64,000 bases of DNA from an uncultured Candidatus Saccharibacteria bacterium (GTDB taxonomy: Bacteria; Patescibacteriota; Minisyncoccia; Minisyncoccales; CG1-02-41-26): the NCBI GenBank assembly GCA_964562675.1, contig CAZLUG010000002.1:5852-69851 (forward strand), given 5' to 3'. A program made the position numbers and the translations under genes. This document shows, piece by piece, positions 40,301 through 49,503 of this stretch. The notes under the pieces were generated by a model that was given only the letters and a program-made list of their open reading frames with translations, made no database searches and was not told the origin of the DNA. Each line of letters begins with the position of its first letter. Position 1 is the stretch's first letter.

Positions 40301-40834
40301 AAATCGTTTCAAAGCATTGCTCTGGAACGAAAAATGAAATTGGCCCGAGAAATAGTTGCTGAAATTCTTAGCCAGCGCTCTTCGCATAATTTAAAGATTC
40401 GCCAGCCTCTAAGCAAAGTAAGTTTTCCTCTAGATAAACTAAAAAATAAGAAATTGTGGAAAGTGGTGCAAGAAGAGACAAATATCCAAAAAATTGTCTT
40501 TAATCAAAAGCAGAAAGAGAATATTATTCTAGATACCAAACTTACCCCAGAGTTAAAAGAAGCAGGATTTTTAAGGGAGTTTATGCACGATATTCGGTCA
40601 CTGCGCAAAAAGACCGGTTTTAACCGTTTCCAAAAAACCAGCTTGAGTGTTACCGGTAATGAAAAATTTGTCTCTCTTGTCCAGAAAAATCAAGCAATTA
40701 TCCAAAAGGAGACATTATTGCAAGACATCCATTTTCCTCTTAGGGAAAGCGATATTTCTCAACAAGAAACGTACCTCCAAAAAGATTTTATTTTTCTTGA
40801 ATTTCAAGGTAAGATTTACTTGAGGAAGAATTAA
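37337..40834 (+). CDS. ileS: isoleucine--tRNA ligase (type 2) with inserted histidine-phosphatase domain
   Basis: DGPPFATGLPHYGH, GWDCHGLP, WTTTPWTLP, DWCLSRNRYWG, DQTRGWFY, KLSKH; RHG-type insert at about 38800-39350. Confidence 0.96.
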   Translation: MDLPKREEQIIKFWQQRKIFQKSLKQNKKRPYFSFYDGPPFATGLPHYGHILASTVKDTVLRYWSQHRYRVEWRVGWDCHGLPVENLIEKELGVKTKKEIEKKIGVGKFNRACRNSVFRCVNDFQKILQRIGRWADYANAYATLDPNYTESVWWVFKKLFDKKLIYQDYRVTPYCPRCGTPLSNFEVNLGYKNVEDESIYVKFALLDQPQTFFLVWTTTPWTLPANLAIAVNQKFEYVKIRLENNDNNLSPQFLILAKKRLGIIKGNYKIIENLSGRKLVGLAYSPLYKLRNHEFNLEQKNKIFKVVPADFVTLEEGTGLVHMAPAFGEDDRQVGKKFNLPILITINSEGSILKGLGIPGEGKFVKEADKDIKTDLKKRNLLYRAEKIKHIYPFCYRCDTPLLYYPLKSWYLKVTDFRKQLVANNQKINWRPNYLKNGRFGKWLKGARDWCLSRNRYWGAPIPIWECSHCQKKIAVGSKQELGRLSTTSNFYYLLRHGETSCHQKGIIANDINHDTCHLTSAGKKQIQEVAKKLRKEKIDVIFASDLRRTKETANIVAKTLGLKVEFSPKLRDLNVGLYNGRRLDFIKEQVSFAKNPQEAFPKGESLVSCWQRMKDVFHDTESKYQGKKVLVIGHAFPLKCFEGILKGHGLSEVRAKRNFEVAELKKIVGKKWPFNESGEFDFHRPYIDEVTLKCPICHHPMKRVPEVFDCWFESGSMPYAQWHYPFSHKKVVEKTFPADFIAEGVDQTRGWFYTLHVLATALTLENIGLGKNKPAFKNVIAHGLVLGEDGRKLSKHLKNYSSPNNIIDHYGADALRFFLLSSTPIGQDYIFSQKRLSITFRQVIVTLWNSWQFLKTYLPKGFILTPKIQPQNILDKWILSRLGTLEIEIEKQMKAYQLTKATRLIGVFIDDLSNWYIRRSRINFQKESGKTDKIKSANLLGFTLLRLSQISAPFMPFLSEMIYQWLKEKAQWKLPESVHLTRYPEKEKSFQSIALERKMKLAREIVAEILSQRSSHNLKIRQPLSKVSFPLDKLKNKKLWKVVQEETNIQKIVFNQKQKENIILDTKLTPELKEAGFLREFMHDIRSLRKKTGFNRFQKTSLSVTGNEKFVSLVQKNQAIIQKETLLQDIHFPLRESDISQQETYLQKDFIFLEFQGKIYLRKN

Positions 40835-40926
40835 ATCTTTTCTTTTTAAAAACTTAGAATTTAAAGCAAGTATTATATAATAAAGGTCAATAATATTCTG
40901 TCATTAATTATGAAAAGATTATTTTT

Positions 40927-41472
40927 ATGAAAAAATGGTTAAAGTTCCTATTAATTTTCCTTATTATTTTGGCAATTTCAGTTATCGTTTTGGCTTTTAT
41001 TGGTTCTAAAGGGGGAAAACTATCTCCTAATATTTTTCACCTTAATAAAGGAACAAAGAAAACTCCCCTCAATGAAGTAGTTGTAGATAATGTAAGGTTC
41101 AAATTGGTTTCTTTAAAAAACCTTGGCAGTGTTCTCCAGGGGAAAGATGCTCCTTATCTAAAAAGGATAAGCAACTTGCAGGCCGAAGGAAAATTTCTGG
41201 AAATTACTTTATCAGCGGAAAATTTAGGCACTACTTCCCAGCCATATTGGTTTGTCTCTTATCTTGTTGACGGAGAAGGAAAGCAGTTACGTACAGGCTG
41301 GAAAGCCGAAAGCTGGATTCCTCAAAATGATGAATGCTATGGGAGGCTTGATCCAGGAAAGGCGCCGAAAATTTGTAAGAAAATTTTCGATGTCCCCTTA
41401 GACGCAGCTGGTCTAAAGTTAAAGGTGGAAGTTGGCCTTAAATACAATGGTTTGTTGAATTTGGGAATATAA
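40927..41472 (+). CDS. membrane-anchored or secreted hypothetical protein (DUF4352-like Ig fold)
   Basis: N-terminal hydrophobic helix; GKFL.I.L..EN.G...L.DGEG...L.PG...FDVP pattern. Confidence 0.55.
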   Translation: MKKWLKFLLIFLIILAISVIVLAFIGSKGGKLSPNIFHLNKGTKKTPLNEVVVDNVRFKLVSLKNLGSVLQGKDAPYLKRISNLQAEGKFLEITLSAENLGTTSQPYWFVSYLVDGEGKQLRTGWKAESWIPQNDECYGRLDPGKAPKICKKIFDVPLDAAGLKLKVEVGLKYNGLLNLGI

Positions 41473-41567
41473 AATTTACTCTGAAGACTTGCGATAATCT
41501 TATTTTGTAAATTTTGTTTAAGTTTTTCTGAATTAAATTTTAATGTGTTTTTCTAAGGAGAATTTCT

Positions 41568-42773
41568 ATGTTGAATGGATTACAAACGGAGAAGATATTT
41601 ACGGTCAGCGAATTTATTTCTCTCCTAAATAGAATTTTGTTGCCCCAGAGAGCGATTGTTCAAGGAGAGGTGGGAAAGATGAGTCAAAGAGCTAGCTATA
41701 CATTTTTCCCGCTTCGTGATAAGCAAAAACAAGAGACTTTAAATTGTTTTGTCTGGCAGGATAAGTTGGAATATTTTGGGACTACTCTCAAAGAGGGGAT
41801 GGAAATAAAAGTTGAAGGTTTCCCAGCTATCTTTCGCCGTACCGGAAGTTTAAATTTTCAAGTAGAACAGATTGCGTTGGTAGGAGAAGGAGCCCTAAAA
41901 CAGGCTTTTGAAGCTTTAAAAAGAAAACTTAAAGAACTTGGCTATTTTTCTTTAGAGCATAAAAAGGTCATTCCTCGATTTTCGCAAAAGATAGGACTTA
42001 TTACTTCTCGTTTTGCCGCTGCAAAAACTGATTTTCTTGAGCATCTCGGCAAATTCAGCTTCGAAATTTATTTTTATGATGTCAGAGTTGAGGGAATAAG
42101 AGCAGTAGATGATATTATTAGGGCTATCCGTTGGTTTAATGAAAATATGTCTGACATTGATGTTCTCGTTATAACTCGTGGCGGAGGAAGTTGGGAAAGC
42201 CTGCAAGCTTTTAACTCGGAAATGGTTGCCAGAGCTATTTTTGCCTCAAAGATTCCTATTATTGCGGGGGTAGGTCATGAGGTAGATGAAACAATTGCTG
42301 GTTTTATAGCTGATAAAAGAGCATCAACTCCCACCCATGCTGCTCGAATCTTAAGTGATCCTTGGAAATTAGCCCGAGAATTAGTTGCAGAAGCCAAAGA
42401 AAATATTTTTTCCGCTTTAGCAAAATCCCGCCGTAATTATCAAATCCGCCTCAATAATATTTTTGCCCAAAATCTTTCTCTGTTTCGGGAAGCTCTCAGA
42501 AGGAACAATAAAGAGTTATCACAAAAAACTGTTCAGCTTTTTCAAAATTATTCACATTGGCTGGGAAGGCTAAAAAACACCTTAGATCAATATCAGGAAA
42601 AACTGATTCTTTCCAGCCCCCAACTGAAACTTAAGCAGGGTTATAGTATTGTTTTTAATCAAAAAGGTGAAATTCTTAAAAGAGCAGATGAGCTGAAACT
42701 TGGAGAAGAAATGACAACTATATTCTATCGCGGGAAGGCTAAATCAGAAGTAAAGAAATTAATCGATAAATAG
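41568..42773 (+). CDS. xseA: exodeoxyribonuclease VII large subunit
   Basis: TVSEF, IGLITS..AA, RGGGS.ESL..FN, GVGHEVD, STPT. Confidence 0.95.
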   Translation: MLNGLQTEKIFTVSEFISLLNRILLPQRAIVQGEVGKMSQRASYTFFPLRDKQKQETLNCFVWQDKLEYFGTTLKEGMEIKVEGFPAIFRRTGSLNFQVEQIALVGEGALKQAFEALKRKLKELGYFSLEHKKVIPRFSQKIGLITSRFAAAKTDFLEHLGKFSFEIYFYDVRVEGIRAVDDIIRAIRWFNENMSDIDVLVITRGGGSWESLQAFNSEMVARAIFASKIPIIAGVGHEVDETIAGFIADKRASTPTHAARILSDPWKLARELVAEAKENIFSALAKSRRNYQIRLNNIFAQNLSLFREALRRNNKELSQKTVQLFQNYSHWLGRLKNTLDQYQEKLILSSPQLKLKQGYSIVFNQKGEILKRADELKLGEEMTTIFYRGKAKSEVKKLIDK

Positions 42774-42870
42774 TTTTTCTTCATAGACATAATATAGGTT
42801 TCGCAAATTAGTTTTAAGAAACTTGGAAATTTAAAGGGATTCTGTGTATTATTTTAATCATTAAGCAAAT

Positions 42871-43077
42871 ATGCCTACTGCAAAAAATAAAATAAATTTT
42901 AATGAAGCTTTTGCTGAACTTGAAGAAATTAATCAATGGTTTCAGCAGGAAAATATCGATTTAGACGAAGGCTTGAAAAAATTCAAGAGAGGCATGGAAC
43001 TTATAAATCTTTGCAAAAAAAGATTAACCGAAGTTGATAATAAGTTTCAAGAAGTTAAAAAAGAATTCTCAGACTAA
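42871..43077 (+). CDS. xseB: exodeoxyribonuclease VII small subunit
   Basis: FNEAF.ELEEI...LDEGL..F.RG..L...C...L; follows xseA. Confidence 0.93.
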   Translation: MPTAKNKINFNEAFAELEEINQWFQQENIDLDEGLKKFKRGMELINLCKKRLTEVDNKFQEVKKEFSD

Positions 43078-43078
43078 A

Positions 43079-46030
43079 ATGCCTAGAAAACTTAATTTGG
43101 CCCAAAAAAAAGCCGTCCACTTTAATGAAGGGCCTCTTTTAGTAGTTGCGGGCGCTGGAACTGGGAAAACAACGGTTATTACTCAACGTTTAGCATATTT
43201 AGTGAAAAACAAGAAAGCGAAAGCCAATGAGGTGCTTGCTTTAACTTTTACCGAGAAAGCCGTCGAGGAAATGGAAAATAGAATAGACGACTTGCTTTCT
43301 TCAAGCTACTTGGACCTTTGGATTTCAACATTTCATTCATTTTGTGAAAGAATCCTCCGTGATAACGCTTTTGATATAGGTCTCAGTCCGAATTTCAAAG
43401 TTCTTAATCAAACTTCATCTTGGCTTTTAGTGAGACAGAATATCAAAAGATTTAGATTGAATTATTACCGGCCTTTGGGGAACCCTTCTAGATTTATTTT
43501 TGCCCTTTTGAAACACTTTTCCCGATGCAAAGATGAAGGAATTTATCCTGAAAATTACTTGGAATTTGCCGAAAATTTCAAGGGCCTAAATTCTCAACTT
43601 AAAGAAGAAAAAGCTAGAATTAAAGAAGTAGCGAAAGCCTACGCTGATTATCAAAATTTGCTTTTAGAGAAAGGTTTTTTGGATTTTGGTGATTTAATAA
43701 ATTATACCTTAAAGGTTTTTCGCCAACGGAAAACTATTTTAGAACATTATCAAAAACAATTTAAATATATCTTAATTGATGAGTTTCAGGACACAAACTG
43801 GGCTCAATATGAATTGATAAAATTATTAGCTCTGCCAAAAAACAATCTCACGGTTTGCGCCGATGACGACCAATCTATTTATCTTTTTAGGGGAGCTTCT
43901 TTTAATAACGTTTTAAGGTTTCGCAAAGATTACCCAAAAGCCAAAGAGATTGTTTTAACCAAAAATTATCGTTCGACACAGAATATTCTTGACCTAGCCT
44001 ATAAATTTATCCAATTAAATAATCCGAATAGGCTTGAATACCAATTGAATAAAGACCGAGAAATTCTTCGTAAGGCAAAAGATAAGGGTGTAGATTTATC
44101 ACATTTTAAGAAAATAGACAAAAAACTTAAAGCCGTCACTGCTAAAAAGGGTATTATCAAATATCTTCACTTTGAGAGTTTAGCCAAGGAAGCCCAAGGT
44201 GTAGCTGAAGAAATTATTAAGATTTACCAGAAAGATTCTAAGACAAAATTAAGTGATTTCGTTGTTTTGGTGAGAGCCAATAAAAGCGCCCAGCCATTTT
44301 GCCAGGCTTTTAGTAAAGCTAATATTCCTTATCAATTTTTAGCACTAAAAGGGCTTTACCAAAAATCAGTAATTATTGACGTCATTTCTTATTTTAAGCT
44401 CTTAGATAATTACCATGAAGGACCTGCTTGTTATAGAGTTTTGAATTTACCTCATTGGGAAATTTCCCCAAAAGACATTTCAAAAATTATTTTTTCAAGC
44501 AGAATGCGCGCTCAATCTATCTATGAAACTCTTCTCAGGGTTGACACAATTAAGGATTTAAGCAAAAAAACAGTTTTGGCGGTGAAGCGCTTATTAAAAC
44601 TTCTTAAGAAACATTCTAAACTAGCGCGAGAGGGGAGTGTCAGTGAAGTTTTCACCGCATTTTTAGAAGACTCCGGCTATTTAAAGTACTTGGCTAAACA
44701 AAATAACCAGAAAAGCCGGGAGAGTTTAGAATATCTCGAGCAATTTTATGATAAAATTAAACTCTTTGAAGCTAGCGAGATAGATTCTCATTTAAGCAGT
44801 TTTAGGCAACAAATAGAATGGGAAATCGAAGCAGGGGAGGAAGGTTCACTAAAATTTGATGCATATTCTGAAAAAAATGCCGTTAAAATTATGACAATCC
44901 ATGCCGCTAAGGGACTAGAATTCAAATATGTTTTTTTAGTTAGCTTGGTGGATAAACATTTCCCAACAATTGCCGTTAAAGAACCTATTGAAATTCCAGA
45001 ACCTTTAATTAAAGAAGTTATTCCCAAAGGAGACATCCATTTGCAAGAAGAAAGAAGATTATTTTATGTTGGTTTAACTCGAGCAAAAAGGGGAATTTTC
45101 CTAACTTCCGGAGAAGATTACGGAGGACAAAGAAGAAAAAAGATATCAAGGTTTCTCCAAGAGCTTGGTTTTAAAGGGAAAATTCGAAAGAAAGCAGAAC
45201 CGAAACTTTCTTTCGAAAACAAAAATGCGTTTAAAAAAGATAAATCTTTTTCGTTCCGGAGAAAAATAAAAATTTCTCACCTTTCTTACACTCAGCTTGC
45301 CGCTTTTGAAAAATGTCCGCTCCAGTATAAATTTGCTCACATCTTAAAAATTCCCGTCAAAGGGAAAGCTTCTTTTACTTTTGGCAAGGTAATGCACCAC
45401 ACCCTTTTTGAGTTTGTTTCTTTGGCTAGCGAAAAGATAAAAAATCGCCAGCCAATTCCTCCATTTCGCAGCCTTCTTGAATTTTATAATAAAAATTGGC
45501 TGAACCAATGGTATTTAGACAGAGAACAACGTTCCGACTACAAAAAGTTAGGCGAAAAATCCTTAAGGAAATTTTACAAAGATTTTGCAAGTGAAAAGCC
45601 AATGATAAAATTTATTGATGAAAAGCCATTTTTAGAGAGAGGCTTCAATTTAAAAATGGGAAGTTATCACTTAACTGGTCAAATTGACCGCATCGATGAA
45701 TTAGAAGATGGGGAAGTAGAGATTATTGATTACAAAACGGGAAATCCAAAAAAAGCGCTTTCAAGAGAAGATAAAGAACAATTGTTAATTTATCAAATGG
45801 CGGTTGAAAATATTTTGGGATTAAAAATAAAAAGGCTTACTTACTATTATCTTAACAACAACCAAACGATTTCTTTTTTAGGAACTCAGAAAGAAAAAGA
45901 GTCTCTGAGACAAAAAATTTTGGCGGAAGCCAAAAAAATTGAATCTGGAAAATTTTCCCCTCATCCAGGATGGCAATGCCAATATTGTGACTTTCGGGAA
46001 ATATGCGAATTTAGGGAAAATCATCAATAA
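43079..46030 (+). CDS. UvrD/PcrA-family helicase fused to a C-terminal PD-(D/E)XK nuclease with Fe-S motif
   Basis: AGAGTGKT, TFTEKA, DEFQDT, DDDQSIY.FRGA, MTIHAAKGLEF, EERRLFYVG.TRA; then KCP, GQIDRID, IIDYKTG, CQYCDFREIC. Confidence 0.92.
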   Translation: MPRKLNLAQKKAVHFNEGPLLVVAGAGTGKTTVITQRLAYLVKNKKAKANEVLALTFTEKAVEEMENRIDDLLSSSYLDLWISTFHSFCERILRDNAFDIGLSPNFKVLNQTSSWLLVRQNIKRFRLNYYRPLGNPSRFIFALLKHFSRCKDEGIYPENYLEFAENFKGLNSQLKEEKARIKEVAKAYADYQNLLLEKGFLDFGDLINYTLKVFRQRKTILEHYQKQFKYILIDEFQDTNWAQYELIKLLALPKNNLTVCADDDQSIYLFRGASFNNVLRFRKDYPKAKEIVLTKNYRSTQNILDLAYKFIQLNNPNRLEYQLNKDREILRKAKDKGVDLSHFKKIDKKLKAVTAKKGIIKYLHFESLAKEAQGVAEEIIKIYQKDSKTKLSDFVVLVRANKSAQPFCQAFSKANIPYQFLALKGLYQKSVIIDVISYFKLLDNYHEGPACYRVLNLPHWEISPKDISKIIFSSRMRAQSIYETLLRVDTIKDLSKKTVLAVKRLLKLLKKHSKLAREGSVSEVFTAFLEDSGYLKYLAKQNNQKSRESLEYLEQFYDKIKLFEASEIDSHLSSFRQQIEWEIEAGEEGSLKFDAYSEKNAVKIMTIHAAKGLEFKYVFLVSLVDKHFPTIAVKEPIEIPEPLIKEVIPKGDIHLQEERRLFYVGLTRAKRGIFLTSGEDYGGQRRKKISRFLQELGFKGKIRKKAEPKLSFENKNAFKKDKSFSFRRKIKISHLSYTQLAAFEKCPLQYKFAHILKIPVKGKASFTFGKVMHHTLFEFVSLASEKIKNRQPIPPFRSLLEFYNKNWLNQWYLDREQRSDYKKLGEKSLRKFYKDFASEKPMIKFIDEKPFLERGFNLKMGSYHLTGQIDRIDELEDGEVEIIDYKTGNPKKALSREDKEQLLIYQMAVENILGLKIKRLTYYYLNNNQTISFLGTQKEKESLRQKILAEAKKIESGKFSPHPGWQCQYCDFREICEFRENHQ

Positions 46031-46037
46031 CAAAAAA

Positions 46038-46706
46038 CTATTTTATCGTGCGCCATTCAATGTCAGAATCCTTGCCGGCAAACTCCAACCATTGGCCTTC
46101 AGGGTCAATGACGTACCATTTCTTGCGTGTTTGCGACCAAACCATAGGATTGCCATCGTAAAATGGTTTTTTTACTACATCTTTTGGTTTTAATTTATCA
46201 AGCTCTAGCCATTTTTTAAACACCGTCTCGATAGCATAATCCAAATTACGGGATTTCGCCCATTTAGATACTTTTAATATAGCTTTTTTTGCCATTTCTA
46301 CCGACCCCGCTAATTCTAAAAGCTGTTTTGCGGGTCGGGTAAATCTTGAATAAATTATCTTTCTTTTCGAAGCATTTTCCTTCAGCTGTTCTAAGCTTAT
46401 TTCCTTAGTTTTAAAATAATAGGTAACGATTTGGCGGATAGCGGTTTCTTTTTTTAAGTCTTGATAATACTTTATTTTTCCAGTTTTGAGATATTCTTCA
46501 ATTTTTACAGCAATACTTTTCCCGATTCCGGGAATATCCTTCAAACCTTTTATTCCTTTCTCTTTCAAAATAACGGAAACATCTGATTTCAATGAATTCA
46601 AAGATTCCGCCGCTATTTTATACGCTTTTGGTTTATAAGGTATGCCCTTAATAAGTAAAAGTTCCGATATCTCAGATAATATTTTAGCTATTTCCTGGTT
46701 TTTCAT
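46038..46706 (-). CDS. PolX N-terminal helix-hairpin-helix (8-kDa) domain fused to an unknown domain
   Basis: MKNQEIA..L...AY..AA...IPGIGKSIA.KI.EYL.TG; no polymerase catalytic domain. Confidence 0.75.
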   Translation of the reverse strand: MKNQEIAKILSEISELLLIKGIPYKPKAYKIAAESLNSLKSDVSVILKEKGIKGLKDIPGIGKSIAVKIEEYLKTGKIKYYQDLKKETAIRQIVTYYFKTKEISLEQLKENASKRKIIYSRFTRPAKQLLELAGSVEMAKKAILKVSKWAKSRNLDYAIETVFKKWLELDKLKPKDVVKKPFYDGNPMVWSQTRKKWYVIDPEGQWLEFAGKDSDIEWRTIK

Positions 46707-46728
46707 ATCTTAAAGGATAAAAGAAAAG

Positions 46729-47250
46729 TTATGAAAATTTTTCAACTTTGAATTTGTAAACTATGATTCTTCCAAAACGGGGATCAATTCCTCCTTTTTG
46801 GCAGGCAATACTAATTTGTTTTTCAATTGTGTCCACCCCTTTTAAATTCGGCAGTAAGAGGCCGCTCTGAAGGGGGTTATCAGCACTTTTGACAATCACT
46901 CCATATTTTTTGGGGTCTAATTCCTTGAGATTGCTAACTTGTTCTGGAGGACTTAATATTGAAACCTCATAGTTCAGATAGGGCAATTCACTGACTTTTA
47001 GGGGTTGAAATCGGTAATCTTTGGCAGCGGCGGCAATAGCGCTATGGATAAGTTCTTGAGCAATATTTTTTTGGGTAGGTAAATATGTTCCCACGCATCC
47101 GCGCAATTGGCCTTTTTTCTCTAGAGTCACAAAAACACCTGCTTTCTTTTCTAGAAACTCTTTAGGTAGGTTAGAAGGGGGAAGTATAATTTTCCCTTCT
47201 TTCAGGTAATTTTCTATAGCTTCTTTGGCTAGTTGGATGAGAGGATGCAT
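46729..47250 (-). CDS. amrA: AmmeMemoRadiSam system protein A (AMMECR1 domain)
   Basis: GVFVTL...LRGCVG, DYRF.P, EVSILS, GLLLP. Confidence 0.93.
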   Translation of the reverse strand: MHPLIQLAKEAIENYLKEGKIILPPSNLPKEFLEKKAGVFVTLEKKGQLRGCVGTYLPTQKNIAQELIHSAIAAAAKDYRFQPLKVSELPYLNYEVSILSPPEQVSNLKELDPKKYGVIVKSADNPLQSGLLLPNLKGVDTIEKQISIACQKGGIDPRFGRIIVYKFKVEKFS

Positions 47251-47282
47251 AAATTTTCTAATTTTGTTAAGAGGACGGACTG

Positions 47283-47597
47283 TTAATTTTGATTTTTTAA
47301 TTTTTCTATTATCTCTTTTATCCTTTTAGCTTCTTCTTTTACTACTTCGCTTGAATATTCGGCTGAATGGCTGGGCGCGTTTTGATAAATAGGCTTTTTT
47401 TGGTCCAAGTGTAAATTAAAAATCAAAATACCGTTTCCTTCCTTAAGGTAAATATGGAATCGGGGATATCTATTGCCCCCCAGAGGACGGATACAATTTA
47501 TTTCATCTTCTTTCTTTCCTAAAAAATAATAGCCGATTCTCTTTATAATAGTGTAAATATTTTCTTTTAATGACTCTTGAGAGATAATAAGTCTCAT
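47283..47597 (-). CDS. hypothetical protein
   Basis: Co-oriented ORF inside the amr cluster; YPRFHIY...NLHLDQKKP.Y...H..EY. Confidence 0.75.
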   Translation of the reverse strand: MRLIISQESLKENIYTIIKRIGYYFLGKKEDEINCIRPLGGNRYPRFHIYLKEGNGILIFNLHLDQKKPIYQNAPSHSAEYSSEVVKEEAKRIKEIIEKLKNQN

Positions 47598-47598
47598 G

Positions 47599-48219
47599 TT
47601 AGTTGAGAAATTTAAAATTTGCTACTAAATAGCCAACTCCAAAAGGTCCTTCGTAAGATAAAATTTCTGGCTGCCAGTTTAATTTTTCTCCAGTTAAAAT
47701 ACCTAGCAAAAAAGAAAAAGAACGCAATCCGCAATCCGCTGCTTGGGGATAAATATCATCTAAGTTCAAAATTTTTTCTATATCTTTTCTTTTTAGGCTT
47801 TCTAAAAGGGCTTTATCAAATTTTGGGCCATCGGGCTGAAACCCGTATGGGCCGTCTTCTTTTAAGCAATGTGATAAATCACCCGAAGCAACCAAAGCGT
47901 ATTTTTTATCTTTCTCAAGCGAGCGAGCTATTTCCTTTCCTTTATTAAAATAGAATTTCGGCGGCTCAAAACCCGTTAAGAGAGTTTTTATTTCTCCTTT
48001 AAAGTTAGGGGTAATAAAATACAATGGTACTTTAAACCCCCAATCCAAATGAGGCGAAGATATTATTAAAATATCTGGCTTTTTTTGTGCGAGCTCCTTG
48101 TTAAGTTTTTTTAAACCTGCAATGGTTTTTTTAACTTTTTCTCTGTCCTCTTTAGAACCTACTGATGGCAGTAAGATCGGGGGATGGGGAGAAAAACAAG
48201 CAAAAGTAATCATATACAC
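47599..48219 (-). CDS. amrB: AmmeMemoRadiSam system protein B / LigB-Memo-like protein (short)
   Basis: SPHPP, ISSPH, ASGDLSH, CGLRS, LSYEGPFGVGY. Confidence 0.85.
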   Translation of the reverse strand: MYMITFACFSPHPPILLPSVGSKEDREKVKKTIAGLKKLNKELAQKKPDILIISSPHLDWGFKVPLYFITPNFKGEIKTLLTGFEPPKFYFNKGKEIARSLEKDKKYALVASGDLSHCLKEDGPYGFQPDGPKFDKALLESLKRKDIEKILNLDDIYPQAADCGLRSFSFLLGILTGEKLNWQPEILSYEGPFGVGYLVANFKFLN

Positions 48220-48223
48220 TAAT

Positions 48224-49240
48224 CTAGTTTATAATATGTAAATTTTCTTTGCACTTTGAACAATATCCATGATTGTCATAACGGATAACTTGATATCCTT
48301 CCCGCTTAATCATTAAACTGCCGCATCGCGGGCAATAAGTACTTTGGTGTTTAAAATCATCAATGACATTTCCGATATAAACAAATTTTAATCCCGCTTT
48401 TTTGGCAATTTTGTATGCCTCCAAAAGAGTTGCTTTGGGAGTAGGGGAAACATCATTCATTTTATAAGCCGGGAAAAAAGCAGAAAGATGCCAGGGAATA
48501 TTAGGATTGATATTATAAATAAATTTAGCGATTTGATGAAACTCTTTAGACGAATCATTAAAATTAGGGATAATCAAAGTTGTTATTTCTTCCCAGACAC
48601 CAAGTTTATGCACTCTTTTAATGGTTTCTTTAACGGGTTCTAATTTTGCTTTGACAATTTCCTTGTAGAATTTTTCAGAAAATGACTTTAAGTCAATATT
48701 AATTGCATCTAAATAAGGGTGAATAAGTTCTAGGGCTTCTTTTGATTCGTATCCATTTGATACCCAGACATTTTTAATGCCAGCTTCTCTTGCTAATTTC
48801 ATTGTATCTAAAGCGTATTCTAAAAAGACAGTTGGTTCGTTGTAAGTATAAGCAATAGTTGGAATTTGCTGAGTTTTACAATATTGGACAATTTCTTGAG
48901 GGGCTAATTCTTTGCTTAGTTTTGGAATAATTTCTGGATTTTTTTGGGCTGTTTGCGAAATTTCCCAATTTTGGCAAAAATTACACCCAAAATTACACCC
49001 ATAGGTACCAAAAGATAAAACTTGACTGCCTGGCTTAAAATGAAAGAGTGGTTTTTTCTCAATTGGGTCAATGTTCAATGTAGCAGCTTTCCCATAAACT
49101 AAAGAATAAAGTTTTCCTCCAATATTTTTTCTTACTCCGCAAATTCCCGTTTTCCCTTCCGGCAATACGCAGTAATGGGCGCAATTTCTGCATTGAATCT
49201 TCTTTCCAGAGAGTTTTTTATAAAGATAAGCTTCTTTCAT
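48224..49240 (-). CDS. amrS: AmmeMemoRadiSam system radical SAM enzyme
   Basis: CxxCxHxC N-terminus, DPIEKKPL, CNFGCNFCQNW (CX3CX2C), YTYNEP. Confidence 0.95.
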   Translation of the reverse strand: MKEAYLYKKLSGKKIQCRNCAHYCVLPEGKTGICGVRKNIGGKLYSLVYGKAATLNIDPIEKKPLFHFKPGSQVLSFGTYGCNFGCNFCQNWEISQTAQKNPEIIPKLSKELAPQEIVQYCKTQQIPTIAYTYNEPTVFLEYALDTMKLAREAGIKNVWVSNGYESKEALELIHPYLDAINIDLKSFSEKFYKEIVKAKLEPVKETIKRVHKLGVWEEITTLIIPNFNDSSKEFHQIAKFIYNINPNIPWHLSAFFPAYKMNDVSPTPKATLLEAYKIAKKAGLKFVYIGNVIDDFKHQSTYCPRCGSLMIKREGYQVIRYDNHGYCSKCKENLHIIN

Positions 49241-49503
49241 GCTGTTTCTTTATTAGGTGGTTATTTTTTCTTTCGCATGTTTCACTGGGTTTTCTATATT
49301 CTATCACAAAATAAAGAATTGATTAAATTTCAAAAATCCAAAACATAAATGTTTTGTTCAATTTCTGCCATTATCGCTAAGTGTCAATTTCGAAATTTTA
49401 GAAGATTTTTGGAAAACGGTTTTCAAAATAAACTAGACTCTTTACTGAAAGTTGTCTTAAAAAGTAAAAGATGTTATAATGTATTAGATTAAATAAATAC
49501 CCT

